A stretch of 64,000 bases of DNA from Spirochaetia bacterium (GTDB lineage Bacteria > Spirochaetota > Spirochaetia > CADAEX01): assembly GCA_963668545.1 (NCBI GenBank), contig OY764868.1, positions 2,011,130 through 2,075,129 on the forward strand. Reading direction: 5' to 3'. The notes under the pieces are model-generated. The model worked only from the letters and a program-made list of their open reading frames with translations, made no database searches and was not told the origin of the DNA. Each line of letters starts with the position of its first letter. The first letter of the stretch is position 1. The position numbers and the translations under genes were made by a program. Positions 18,292 to 27,201 of the stretch are shown here, one piece after another.

Positions 18292-19701
18292 ATGGGTTTA
18301 TCAAATATAATTGACTTATCAAGACTGAAAAAAATACTGGATTTTATTTCCGATTCAATGAAAATGGGAATTTGTTTTACTGACAGTACGATATCAGAAG
18401 TTTTATACCATTCAGATAAACACAACATATGCTCAGACAGTAAAATACTGGAAGAAATCAAAAACAGCCCCCGCTTTAATTCTCTCAAACAAGAAACATA
18501 TAATAAAAATAATCATTTTCTGACATGCAGCGGAAATATGACGGTTATTCCCTTTCCTGTCAAAAACAGGAACACTCTTCTTGGATGGATTATATTCGGA
18601 CCTGTTATTTTATCAGATACTGAATATACTGAAGATCTTTCGGCCCCTGACCTTGGGTCGACAGCAATAACAGATACATTGAAACTTGAACAGGATATTA
18701 AAAGAGTAATTCCTGTAATTAGTGTAATTACAGATCTTATTTACGAAAAATACCTTATCAGCATTGAGAAAAATTCAATAAAGTATCATCTCAGGAAGCA
18801 GCTTCAGACTGAAAAAAAGCTTCTGCAGGCAAATTCTGAACTCCAGACAATATTCACAAACAGCCAGGTGGGAATAATGTATCTTAAGGGGGGAAGATAT
18901 TTCATGAAGGGGAACCAGAGGCTTGCAGATATTCTTGGGTGGGAAAACCCGGAAGAAATGGCTGGAATAAGCATGAGGAAGCTGCATATATCAGAAGAAA
19001 CATTCAATGATTTCGGTGAAAATTTCTTCAATAATCTGGCACACGGAAAAAGGATACATATTGAATATCAGCTGGCCAGGAAAGATAAGACACCGGTCTG
19101 GTGCATGCTTTCGGGAAAGGCAGTTGATGAAAATGATCCGGCAGATCTTGATAAGGGTGTTATCTGGATTATAGAAGATATTTCAAGGATCAAAGAGGCC
19201 GAAGAGCAGCTAAAAAAGCTGGCTCAAACAGATCACCTTACTTCATTAATCAACCGTTCCGGTTTTCACAAGCATCTTGAAAGGGAAATTCAGCGATCAT
19301 TGAGGAATAAATCACCGCTTTCACTTCTGCTGATTGATCTCGATTACTTTAAAAAAATCAATGATACTTACGGTCATGATGCAGGTGATGCAGTGCTTGT
19401 TCATTTCGGCAGTTTAATGAAAAAATATTTCAGAAACATTGATATACCTTCAAGGATTGGCGGCGAGGAATTTGCAGTAATCATGCCTGATACATCTCTT
19501 TATTCAGGAATTGAAGCAGCGGAAAGACTGAGATCAGTACTTGAAAAAAACATCACTTTATTCAACGGCAGCAGCATCGGATATACAGCCAGTATGGGAT
19601 TATGTGAATATTCCGGTGAATCTTTAAAGGAATTCTACAGCAGAACAGACAATGTAATGTACAGGGCCAAAAGGGAAGGGAGAAACAGGATCTGCATCTG
19701 A
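18292..19701 (+). CDS. Sensor diguanylate cyclase (PocR-like N-terminal region, PAS, GGEEF)
   Basis: 469-aa ORF. The N-terminus tentatively resembles a PocR sensory domain (LSRLKKILDFISDSMKMGICFTDS...FLTCSGNMTVIPFPV). PAS (GIMYLKGGRYFMKGNQRLADILGW). GGDEF domain (LIDLDYFKKINDTYGHDAGD, RNID-x5-GGEEF). Confidence 0.85.
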   Translation: MGLSNIIDLSRLKKILDFISDSMKMGICFTDSTISEVLYHSDKHNICSDSKILEEIKNSPRFNSLKQETYNKNNHFLTCSGNMTVIPFPVKNRNTLLGWIIFGPVILSDTEYTEDLSAPDLGSTAITDTLKLEQDIKRVIPVISVITDLIYEKYLISIEKNSIKYHLRKQLQTEKKLLQANSELQTIFTNSQVGIMYLKGGRYFMKGNQRLADILGWENPEEMAGISMRKLHISEETFNDFGENFFNNLAHGKRIHIEYQLARKDKTPVWCMLSGKAVDENDPADLDKGVIWIIEDISRIKEAEEQLKKLAQTDHLTSLINRSGFHKHLEREIQRSLRNKSPLSLLLIDLDYFKKINDTYGHDAGDAVLVHFGSLMKKYFRNIDIPSRIGGEEFAVIMPDTSLYSGIEAAERLRSVLEKNITLFNGSSIGYTASMGLCEYSGESLKEFYSRTDNVMYRAKREGRNRICI

Positions 19702-19899
19702 CATGATCAGATTTCACCATTTACTATCCAATCCAGCCAATCTTTCTACACTTGTAAAAGAGTTTTTTACAGTTTTATAAAGTAAATTTTTCCTTTTCCG
19801 ATAATCTAATTAAGGGATTCCCTTAACTTCTGCTGAAAACAGCATATCCGGGTTTCAGTATTATCAGTCTTAGGTATTAAAATTTTCGGGAGGGATTTT

Positions 19900-20745
19900 A
19901 TGATAAGAGGATTGTACACTGGAGCGGCTGGTATGGTCGCACAGATGCATAAAATGGATGCACTTTCCAACAATCTAGCCAATGTAAACCTCAATGGTTA
20001 TAAAAAAGACACATCTATACATAAAGCATTTCCTGAAATGCTTATAAGAAGAATGAATGACAACGGCCTTTACAAATTTCCTCTGGGATCAGCTGAAATA
20101 GCTCCCATTGTGGGAAAAATCGGAACCGGCGTTGAAGAGAATGAAGTCTTTACAGTTTTCACCCAGGGCGCTCTCAAGGAAACAGAAAATCCCTTTGACA
20201 TGGCGCTTGAAGGAAAAGGTTTTTTTGCAGTTGATACACCATACGGTGAAAGATATACAAGAAACGGAGCATTCACTCTTGGAAAAGAGGGTATGCTTCT
20301 TACAAAAGAAGGTTATCCTGTCCTCGGAGAAAAGGGGCCGATCCATATCAAGGAAAACAACTTTATTATCGATCAGAGGGGACGTGTTTTCAGGAATTCA
20401 AGATTTCCTGACGACCCACAGAGACTTATTTCAATGATTGAAAATGAATGGGATGAAACAGAGCTTATAGATACTATTAAACTTGTCGATTTTAAAAGAG
20501 ACAGATATTTAAGCAAACAGGGGAATTCACTATGGAAAGATACCACGGAATCGGGAACAGCAGTGATAATGACAGATACTGCTCCCAAAGTAAGACAGGG
20601 ATTTATCGAAGGATCAAATGTTAATCCTGTAAAAGCAATGGTCAACATGATTGAAGTAAACAGGGCCTATGAAGCAAACCAGAAAGTAATATCCAGTCAG
20701 GATTCACTGACAGGAAAGCTTATCAATGAGGCAGTAAAACTTTAG
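19900..20745 (+). CDS. flgF: Flagellar basal-body rod protein FlgF-like
   Basis: 281-aa ORF. Rod-protein N-terminus MIRGLYTGAAGMVAQ...LSNNLANVNLNGYKKD and conserved C-terminus (GFIEGSNVNPVKAMVNMIEVNRAYEANQKV). GGGAGGG RBS. Confidence 0.8.
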   Translation: MIRGLYTGAAGMVAQMHKMDALSNNLANVNLNGYKKDTSIHKAFPEMLIRRMNDNGLYKFPLGSAEIAPIVGKIGTGVEENEVFTVFTQGALKETENPFDMALEGKGFFAVDTPYGERYTRNGAFTLGKEGMLLTKEGYPVLGEKGPIHIKENNFIIDQRGRVFRNSRFPDDPQRLISMIENEWDETELIDTIKLVDFKRDRYLSKQGNSLWKDTTESGTAVIMTDTAPKVRQGFIEGSNVNPVKAMVNMIEVNRAYEANQKVISSQDSLTGKLINEAVKL

Positions 20746-20812
20746 TAAACATGTTGCCTGATATTTCAGGTCCAGCTGTTTCAGATACAGCTGTTTTTAA
20801 GGAGAAAATATT

Positions 20813-21607
20813 ATGATGAGATCATTATGGACTGCAGCTTCAGGAATGATTGGACAGCAGTTTAACATAGATACAATTTCAAACAACCTTTCCAACGTCA
20901 ACACAACCGGTTTCAAGAAAAACAGGGCTGAATTCGAAGACCTTCTATATCAGACTACCAGGATTGCAGGTACACCTGCAACAGAAGTTACAGTAGTACC
21001 TACCCCTACACAGGTTGGACACGGGGTAAAGGCATCATCAACACAGAAAATTTTTACCCAGGGCTCTCTTCAGGCAACCGGGAATGTCTCTGACATGGCA
21101 ATTCAGGGAGAGGGTTTCTTCAGAACACTCCTTATAGACGGAACATACGGCTACACCAGGGACGGTTCATTCAAGATAGATTCCAACGGCCAGATTGTAA
21201 GCTCGAACGGCTATAAACTTATGCCTGAAGTTGTTCTTCCTGAAAATTTTGTAAGGGAATCCCTTACTGTTTCCCAGGACGGAAGGGTAAGTGTAAAAGT
21301 TGCAGGCAGCAATGACCCGGTGGAAGTGGGACAGCTTGAACTCTACAGATTTGTAAACCCGGCAGGTATGAATGCAATAGGGGAAAACCTCTACAAGGTT
21401 ACAAACGCTTCAGGAGACCCTATAGGGGGAAGACCCGGATATGACGGCATGGGTACTATAATCCACAAGTTTCTTGAAATGTCCAATGTTTCAGTAGTCA
21501 AGGAAATGGTTAACATGATTGTTGCCCAGAGAGCATATGAACTCAACTCAAAAGCAATCCAGACCAGTGACAACATGCTGGGTATTGCAAACAACCTGAA
21601 GAGATAA
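20813..21607 (+). CDS. flgG: Flagellar basal-body distal rod protein FlgG
   Basis: 264-aa ORF: MMRSLWTAASGMIGQQ...ISNNLSNVNTTGFKKNRAEFEDLLYQT and C-terminal LEMSNVSVVKEMVNMIVAQRAYELNSKAIQT. Confidence 0.9.
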   Translation: MMRSLWTAASGMIGQQFNIDTISNNLSNVNTTGFKKNRAEFEDLLYQTTRIAGTPATEVTVVPTPTQVGHGVKASSTQKIFTQGSLQATGNVSDMAIQGEGFFRTLLIDGTYGYTRDGSFKIDSNGQIVSSNGYKLMPEVVLPENFVRESLTVSQDGRVSVKVAGSNDPVEVGQLELYRFVNPAGMNAIGENLYKVTNASGDPIGGRPGYDGMGTIIHKFLEMSNVSVVKEMVNMIVAQRAYELNSKAIQTSDNMLGIANNLKR

Positions 21608-21618
21608 GGTATAGATAA

Positions 21619-21939
21619 ATGAATATAACAGACAAATCAATGGTTATGCAGAGCAGTTCCGATTTAAACAGAATAAAAGCTCTTTCTGACAAAGCTTCAA
21701 AGCTTACTGGCAGAAACAGGGAACTCATGGATGCATGCAGGGAATTTGAAACCATTTTTGTAAAACAGATGCTTGATTCAATGAGAAAAACAGTAAACAA
21801 AGCTGAAATTCCAGATAACAATGCAGGCAAGGAATACTTTGAAGACATGCTCTATGACAACTACGCCAAAAAGATGACAGAAACTGCCAACCTTGGTATT
21901 GCAAAAATGATGTATCAGCAGCTTTACAAATCGGTGTAA
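21619..21939 (+). CDS. Rod-binding protein (FlgJ N-terminal-domain-only homologue)
   Basis: 106-aa ORF directly after flgG with the rod-binding signature (ACREFETIFVKQMLDSMRKT ... MLYDNYAKKM). No muramidase domain. Confidence 0.7.
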   Translation: MNITDKSMVMQSSSDLNRIKALSDKASKLTGRNRELMDACREFETIFVKQMLDSMRKTVNKAEIPDNNAGKEYFEDMLYDNYAKKMTETANLGIAKMMYQQLYKSV

Positions 21940-21961
21940 AGCTGCATTAATATTTCCTGTT

Positions 21962-22897
21962 TTGAAAAATAATAAAGACAATACACTCAAGCTTATTTTA
22001 TCTGCACTTCTGGTAATTACCTCCCTTCTTGTAATAATACTTGTTGTTATTATTCCGGACGGGAGCAGGTCTGAAGCTGGAAACCCGGAAACTGTCTATC
22101 ATGATGAAAAAAAAAGTATTTCAGAACCTCCCCATGCAAGGACAATAACAACAGGAAAGACAACAGTTGAAACAGACAGTAAAAAATTACCCGCGGAATT
22201 TACTGCAGAAAAAATTATCAGGAAAAAAGTTAAAAAACTCTATTTTATTATTGATGATGCAGGATACAGTATCAGCCAGCTCAAACCATTTCTGAAATTT
22301 CCGGGCAGTATCACAATAGCAGTACTTCCCGGCCTCCCCCACTCTGCAGAATGCGCTGAACTTATACATCAAAACGGGAAGCAGGTTTTTCTCCATCAGC
22401 CTATGGAAGCGAACGGGAAAAACAATCCCGGCCCTGGAGCAATAATGACAGGCATGAAAAAAAGTGATATAAAAGCACTGCTTCTTGAAAACCTCAATTC
22501 ACTTCCCCACGTGTCAGGATTCAACAATCATATGGGATCAGCCGTAACATCGGATTTCGCCATGGTTGAAACAATTCTGCAGACAGCTGCAGAAAAAAAT
22601 ATTATATTTACTGACAGTTTAACAACCAGTGATTCCAAATGCAAAGAAGTTGCTCAAAAGCTTGGTATCACTATTGCAAAAAGGGATGTATTTCTGGATA
22701 ATATCGACAACAGGGAAGCTATAATGGAATCAATAAATACAGGACTTAACATCGCGGAAAATAAGGGATACGCAGTAATGATAGGACATGTCTGGTCTTC
22801 AGAACTTGCCAATACAATGATGGAAATTTATCCCAATCTTATTGAAGAAGGATTTACCCTTGAGGAAATGTCTGATCTGCTTCTCGGGGATTTCTAG
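21962..22897 (+). CDS. Divergent polysaccharide deacetylase family protein (YibQ-like), membrane anchored
   Basis: 311-aa ORF with TTG start. N-terminal TM (LILSALLVITSLLVIILVVII). YibQ-type motifs FIIDDAGYS, LHQPME, NNHMGS, IGHVW. Confidence 0.8.
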   Translation: MKNNKDNTLKLILSALLVITSLLVIILVVIIPDGSRSEAGNPETVYHDEKKSISEPPHARTITTGKTTVETDSKKLPAEFTAEKIIRKKVKKLYFIIDDAGYSISQLKPFLKFPGSITIAVLPGLPHSAECAELIHQNGKQVFLHQPMEANGKNNPGPGAIMTGMKKSDIKALLLENLNSLPHVSGFNNHMGSAVTSDFAMVETILQTAAEKNIIFTDSLTTSDSKCKEVAQKLGITIAKRDVFLDNIDNREAIMESINTGLNIAENKGYAVMIGHVWSSELANTMMEIYPNLIEEGFTLEEMSDLLLGDF

Positions 22898-22900
22898 TTT

Positions 22901-23914
22901 ATGCTTGTACTGGGAATAGAAAGCTCCTGTGATGAATGTTCCGCTGCGGTTGTCAGAGATGGTGAAAAAGTCCTTTCCAACCTTGTAGCAACACAGATAG
23001 AACTGCATAAACCCTATATGGGGGTTGTTCCTGAAGTTGCATCCCGTATCCATGTTGAGTGGATCACAGGTGTTGTAAAAGAGGCTTTGAAAGAAGCTGA
23101 TACAACACTCGACCGGATAGACGGTATAGCGGTTACAAACCGTCCCGGGCTCACAGGGTCCCTTCTTGTAGGCCTTTCCTTTGCAAAAGGTCTCGCAATG
23201 TCTTCAAAAAAACCTTTTACCGGTGTTGACCATATTTTCGCCCATATATATGCTGCCCATCTTGAAAATGAAATCAGCTATCCTTATCTTGGACTTCTTG
23301 TATCAGGAGGGCATACCATCATAGCGCTTGTAAACAACTATGATGATATGCAGGTTCTTGGTACGACAATAGATGATGCCTGCGGTGAAGCATTTGATAA
23401 AGTTGCAAAATTCTATAATTTCGGATATCCCGGAGGAGTAATCATTGATAAAATGTCCAGGGATGGCGATGACATGGCATTCAGTTTTCCCGATCCTTCA
23501 CTTCACAAGGGGGACCATAAATACGATGTATCATATTCAGGGCTTAAAACCGCAGTAGTCAACCAGCTTAAAACTTTTCACAATGAAGGTCATGAGATAA
23601 ATGACAACAATATTGCAGCATCCTTTCAAAAGGCTGCAATAGATATGCTTCTCAAAAGGCTTTATAAAGCCAGCAGGGATACAGGCATAAAAACAGTGGT
23701 TACAGGCGGCGGTGTTGCTGCAAATTCATATCTCAGGAGCTGTCTTGAAAATAACAAAGAACTGACTGTCTTCTCCCCTTCTCTGAAACTCTGCGGAGAC
23801 AACGGGGCAATGATTGCGGGGCTTGGTTACCACTATCTTAAAGGGAATGTGAAATCAGATTACACTCTGAATGTAACATCAAGGGTTTCGGAATTCAGAA
23901 AAAGCTATCCCTGA
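22901..23914 (+). CDS. tsaD: tRNA N6-adenosine threonylcarbamoyltransferase
   Basis: 337-aa ORF: LVLGIESSCDECSAAVV, GVVPEVASRIH, VDHIFAHI, LLVSGGHT, GGVAANS, CGDNGAMIA. Confidence 0.92.
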   Translation: MLVLGIESSCDECSAAVVRDGEKVLSNLVATQIELHKPYMGVVPEVASRIHVEWITGVVKEALKEADTTLDRIDGIAVTNRPGLTGSLLVGLSFAKGLAMSSKKPFTGVDHIFAHIYAAHLENEISYPYLGLLVSGGHTIIALVNNYDDMQVLGTTIDDACGEAFDKVAKFYNFGYPGGVIIDKMSRDGDDMAFSFPDPSLHKGDHKYDVSYSGLKTAVVNQLKTFHNEGHEINDNNIAASFQKAAIDMLLKRLYKASRDTGIKTVVTGGGVAANSYLRSCLENNKELTVFSPSLKLCGDNGAMIAGLGYHYLKGNVKSDYTLNVTSRVSEFRKSYP

Positions 23915-23991
23915 AAAAATAATATTTTACAACCCAATTTTTTATTATTATATTCATATATATATTTTTTTAAATAAATGAGGTATTAATA

Positions 23992-24168
23992 ATGGGTAAC
24001 AAAGAGAAAATACTTGAAGCAATGAAAAGTGCAGGGAAACCTCTCAAAGCAGGAGAAGCTGCAGACCTTGCAGGATTGAGCAAGTCTGATGCTGACAGTG
24101 CATTCAAGGAACTCAAAAAAGAGGAACTTATAGTATCTCCAAAAAGATGCTACTGGGAACCAAAATGA
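23992..24168 (+). CDS. Small (58 aa) winged-helix-like protein; not in the ORF track
   Basis: My own translation: MGNKEKILEAMKSAGKPLKAGEAADLAGLSKSDADSAFKELKKEELIVSPKRCYWEPK*. GAGG lies 10 nt upstream of the ATG and a terminator follows the stop immediately. The 70-aa minus-strand ORF 23986..24198 is its antisense shadow. Confidence 0.6.
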   Translation: MGNKEKILEAMKSAGKPLKAGEAADLAGLSKSDADSAFKELKKEELIVSPKRCYWEPK

Positions 24169-24196
24169 AAAGCAGCTTTTTATGCTGCTTTTTTTC
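24169..24196. terminator. Bidirectional terminator between the small wHTH gene and the convergent oxidoreductase gene
   Basis: AGCAGC-tttttat-GCTGCT with a T-run downstream on + and TTTTCATTTT downstream on -. Confidence 0.7.
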
Positions 24197-24222
24197 AATA
24201 TATCATTAAAGAGTTTAATAAC

Positions 24223-25515
24223 TCAACTTATAAAGCAGTTCCTTAGAATACCTTCTGCAGCCCTTATACCGCTTGCCCAGGCTCCTGTAATACCCCGGCT
24301 GGTCCCCGCACCGTCACCTATCAGGTAAAGGTCTTTCTTAGCCTGAAAATACTCGTCAAGGAATTCAGGCTTGTTTGCATACATCTTGATTTCAGGATAA
24401 TACATTATTGTACTGGGGTGCAGTATTCCCGGGGTTATTGTATCGAGTATTTTCATCGATTTCCAGATAGACCTCAGTATTTTATCAGGCATGACAAGGG
24501 AGATATCCCCCGGCGTGCAGCTTCCAAGAGTGGGTTTGAAATTATAAAGATCATTGTTGAATGTATCTGTTTTTGATCTTTTGCCGAGCCTGAAATCCCC
24601 GACCCTCTGCATTATTGGTTTTCCGCCTCCGCACAGCCTTGCCTGAAGTCCCAGGATTTCAGCGAATTTCTGGCCGCTTGCTACAGGTTTGGTCAGCTTC
24701 AGAGTTCTGAGCATTGCAAAATTAACAAGGTTGTTTTCCTTACCAGGGTCAGACCATGCATGCCCGTTTACTGAATAGTAGTTATCACCTTCACTTGTTG
24801 TATATTTTTCCTGCACAACATAAGCAGCCCTGCTGTTTGTACAGAAAGTTCTTACCTTATTGGGGAAAATGAATTTAGGATCATAATAGTCTTTGACAAT
24901 AGGATACAGTTCAAGCTGCGTCTCTACCCTGATACCGATATCAACAATATTATCGACATACGGGATTTCAAGGGAATTCATGAGTTTCTGAAGGAATTTG
25001 AATCCTTTTCTTCCGGGAGAGACTATGAGAGTCTCATACTTCCTTTCGGTAAGGTTGGTTGTAAGTATCTTTTTTTCCTCATTGACAGACAATGCCTCTT
25101 CTGAGAGGGAAAACTCCACTCCCCTGCTTTCAAGCCTTGCAACAAGTTCCTTTATAAGCCTCAGGCCTCCGTCTGTTCCCAGGTGTGCCTGTTTGACAGA
25201 TAAAAGCTGTGTATCAAGGTTTTCCGCCCTCTTCTGATAAATATCAAGATTAAACTTTTCCATATGGGGAGGGCTCAGGATTTCCTGCACTTTTTCAAGA
25301 TAGTATTCAGCCCTGTCCTTTGTCCAGTATTCAAGAGGGAACCCTATGGGGAAAGTAAAATTCATTTTACAGTCATTCCGCAGGCCCCCTGTTGAATATT
25401 TTTCCCTGTCAATTATAAGTATTTTTATTCCCGGTTTATTATCTGTAAGATAAAATGCAGCTCCAAGTCCGGCAGGTCCGCTTCCGACAATAATGCAATC
25501 CCAGCTACCACTCAT
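24223..25515 (-). CDS. NAD(P)/FAD-dependent oxidoreductase (uncharacterised FAD-dehydrogenase family)
   Basis: 430-aa ORF. Dinucleotide-binding motif DCIIVGSGPAGLGAA at the N-terminus and C-terminal LYLIGDGAGTSRGI. Confidence 0.8.
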   Translation of the reverse strand: MSGSWDCIIVGSGPAGLGAAFYLTDNKPGIKILIIDREKYSTGGLRNDCKMNFTFPIGFPLEYWTKDRAEYYLEKVQEILSPPHMEKFNLDIYQKRAENLDTQLLSVKQAHLGTDGGLRLIKELVARLESRGVEFSLSEEALSVNEEKKILTTNLTERKYETLIVSPGRKGFKFLQKLMNSLEIPYVDNIVDIGIRVETQLELYPIVKDYYDPKFIFPNKVRTFCTNSRAAYVVQEKYTTSEGDNYYSVNGHAWSDPGKENNLVNFAMLRTLKLTKPVASGQKFAEILGLQARLCGGGKPIMQRVGDFRLGKRSKTDTFNNDLYNFKPTLGSCTPGDISLVMPDKILRSIWKSMKILDTITPGILHPSTIMYYPEIKMYANKPEFLDEYFQAKKDLYLIGDGAGTSRGITGAWASGIRAAEGILRNCFIS

Positions 25516-25617
25516 TACAATCTCCTGAAAAAATAATACCTGTCTTCCCTCTTCTCATAAACCTTCTTATTCAATGCCTGTTTATGAAACCTAAGGAACA
25601 AACATCCGATTCTATAA

Positions 25618-26466
25618 TTATTTTTCAAGAGAGTAAAGAAGTTTTATTTCAGATTCCCATAAATCAGGTACAGGCGTTTCAAGTACTAATGGTATATTAT
25701 CAAATCTTCTGTCATTCATTATATAAATGAACGGTTCAAGACCAAGAGTACCTTTACCAAGAGATTCATGACGGTCAACCCTTGAACCGTAATCTTTCCT
25801 TGAATCATTCAGATGCATTCCGCAGAGATATCTGAACCCGACAATTGAATCAAAATCATCCATTGCATTTCTGAATCCTGATTCAGTTTTGATATCATAC
25901 CCTGCCGAGTATGTATGACAGGTGTCAAGGCATACACCTATCCTGCTTTTATCTTCAATCAGATCAATAATCTTTTTTAGATGCTCGAATCTGTATCCGA
26001 TATTTGTACCCTGCCCTGCCGTGTTCTCAATAACGGCGACAGTTCTGCTTCCTTCAGTTTCCCTGAAAATATTATTGAGGGAATCTGCTATTATTTCAAT
26101 ACACTCTTCTTCCGAAACCTCTTTCAGGTGACTGCCGGGATGGAAATTGAGGTATTTCAATCCCAGCTGATCCACCCTTGTTATTTCATCAAGAAAAGCT
26201 TCATATGATTTTGTCCTTTTTTCAGGATCAGGATTACCAAGATTTATAAGGTAACTGTCATGCGGCAGAACCATCTCTGGAAGAATCCCTGATTTTTCTA
26301 GGTTTTCCGTGAACAGAGATATATCTTTTTCCCTGAGAGGGGGCGATGTCCATCTTTTCTGATTCCTGGTAAAAAGGGCAAATGATTTTGCCCCGATTTC
26401 CGCAGCATTTAAAGGTGCATTAAAGATCCCGCCGGAGGCACTCACGTGTGCTCCTATATATTTCAT
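25618..26466 (-). CDS. nfo: Deoxyribonuclease IV (endonuclease IV)
   Basis: 282-aa ORF: MKYIGAHVSASGG, FHPGSH, IENTAGQG, VCLDTCH, MHLNDS, LETP. Confidence 0.92.
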   Translation of the reverse strand: MKYIGAHVSASGGIFNAPLNAAEIGAKSFALFTRNQKRWTSPPLREKDISLFTENLEKSGILPEMVLPHDSYLINLGNPDPEKRTKSYEAFLDEITRVDQLGLKYLNFHPGSHLKEVSEEECIEIIADSLNNIFRETEGSRTVAVIENTAGQGTNIGYRFEHLKKIIDLIEDKSRIGVCLDTCHTYSAGYDIKTESGFRNAMDDFDSIVGFRYLCGMHLNDSRKDYGSRVDRHESLGKGTLGLEPFIYIMNDRRFDNIPLVLETPVPDLWESEIKLLYSLEK

Positions 26467-26700
26467 ATCATTTTACTCCGTTCCGTTTTTTTATGTTAAT
26501 TACATTCATTATGCCGCCGGGACAGATGTCCCGGCGGATGCACTCACGTGTGCTCCTATATATTTCATATCATTTTACTCCGTTCCGTTTTTTTATGTTA
26601 ATTACATTCATTATGCCGCCGGGACAGATGTCCCGCCGGATGCACTCACGTGTGCTCCTATATATTTCATATCATTTTACTCCGTTCCGTTTATTTGCTT
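26439..26700. repeat. 102-bp tandem repeat, about 2.5 copies, spanning the nfo 5' end and upstream region
   Basis: Unit starts at 26439, 26541 and 26643. Copies 1 and 2 differ at one base. Copy 3 is identical for 50 nt and then diverges. Each unit contains the nfo SD, ATG and first codons plus the inverted repeat CCGCCGGGAC-nnnn-GTCCCGGCGG. Confidence 0.9.
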
Positions 26701-26729
26701 ACATTATTTACCTGATATGGATTTTAATA

Positions 26730-26761
26730 ATAAAAAAGGGAACCGCTTTCATGGTTCCCTT
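26730..26761 (-). terminator. Rho-independent terminator of the thioredoxin gene
   Basis: GGGAACC-(9 nt)-GGTTCCC followed on the minus strand by TTTTTTATT, 25 nt after the stop at 26786. Confidence 0.7.
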
Positions 26762-26785
26762 CTGTAAATAATTATCTTAAATATT

Positions 26786-27142
26786 TTATTCAATTTTAAG
26801 AACATCCTGAATTAAGTTTTTAAAACTTTCCTTAGGCAGTGCCCCTGCAGCCATCTGCGGTTTTCCCTCTACAGGAATAAACAGAATAGAAGGTATGCTT
26901 GATATGCCGAATGCCGCAGAAAGTTCCTGCTCAGTCTCTGTATTGACCTTATATATATTAAGCTTACCCTTATATTCTTCGGATAATTGTTCCAGCACAG
27001 GAGCTACCATTTTACAGGGACCGCACCAGTCTGCGTAAAAGTCAATTATTACAGGCAGTTCACCTTTGAAATTCCACTCTGTTTCTTTTTCAAAATCAAA
27101 AACCTTGTCAATAAAATCCTGTTTTGTAATATTTGCAGCCAT
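26786..27142 (-). CDS. trxA: Thioredoxin
   Basis: 118-aa ORF with active site DFYADWCGPCKMVAP and thioredoxin-fold C-terminus (SIPSILFIP). Confidence 0.9.
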   Translation of the reverse strand: MAANITKQDFIDKVFDFEKETEWNFKGELPVIIDFYADWCGPCKMVAPVLEQLSEEYKGKLNIYKVNTETEQELSAAFGISSIPSILFIPVEGKPQMAAGALPKESFKNLIQDVLKIE

Positions 27143-27201
27143 AATGCCCTCCTTGTTAAACTTATATCTATAATATATATATTTTTTTATATATAGTAAA
27201 G

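Noticed and set aside
19810-19826. Palindrome TTAAGGGA-t-TCCCTTAA upstream of flgF
   Set aside because: It is a single 8-bp inverted repeat in a 198-nt AT-rich leader. It could be an operator, but there is no second copy in the window and no known regulator motif, so it is too weak to call.
23986-24198. 70-aa minus-strand ORF between tsaD and the FAD oxidoreductase
   Set aside because: It runs through a terminator hairpin, lacks an SD and is antisense to a better-supported 58-aa + strand gene with an RBS and terminator.
26448-26771. 107-aa + strand ORF with a perfectly repeated 34-aa peptide
   Set aside because: The peptide period (34 aa = 102 nt) is simply the tandem DNA repeat read on the strand opposite to nfo. 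It has no RBS, and it starts inside the nfo coding region.
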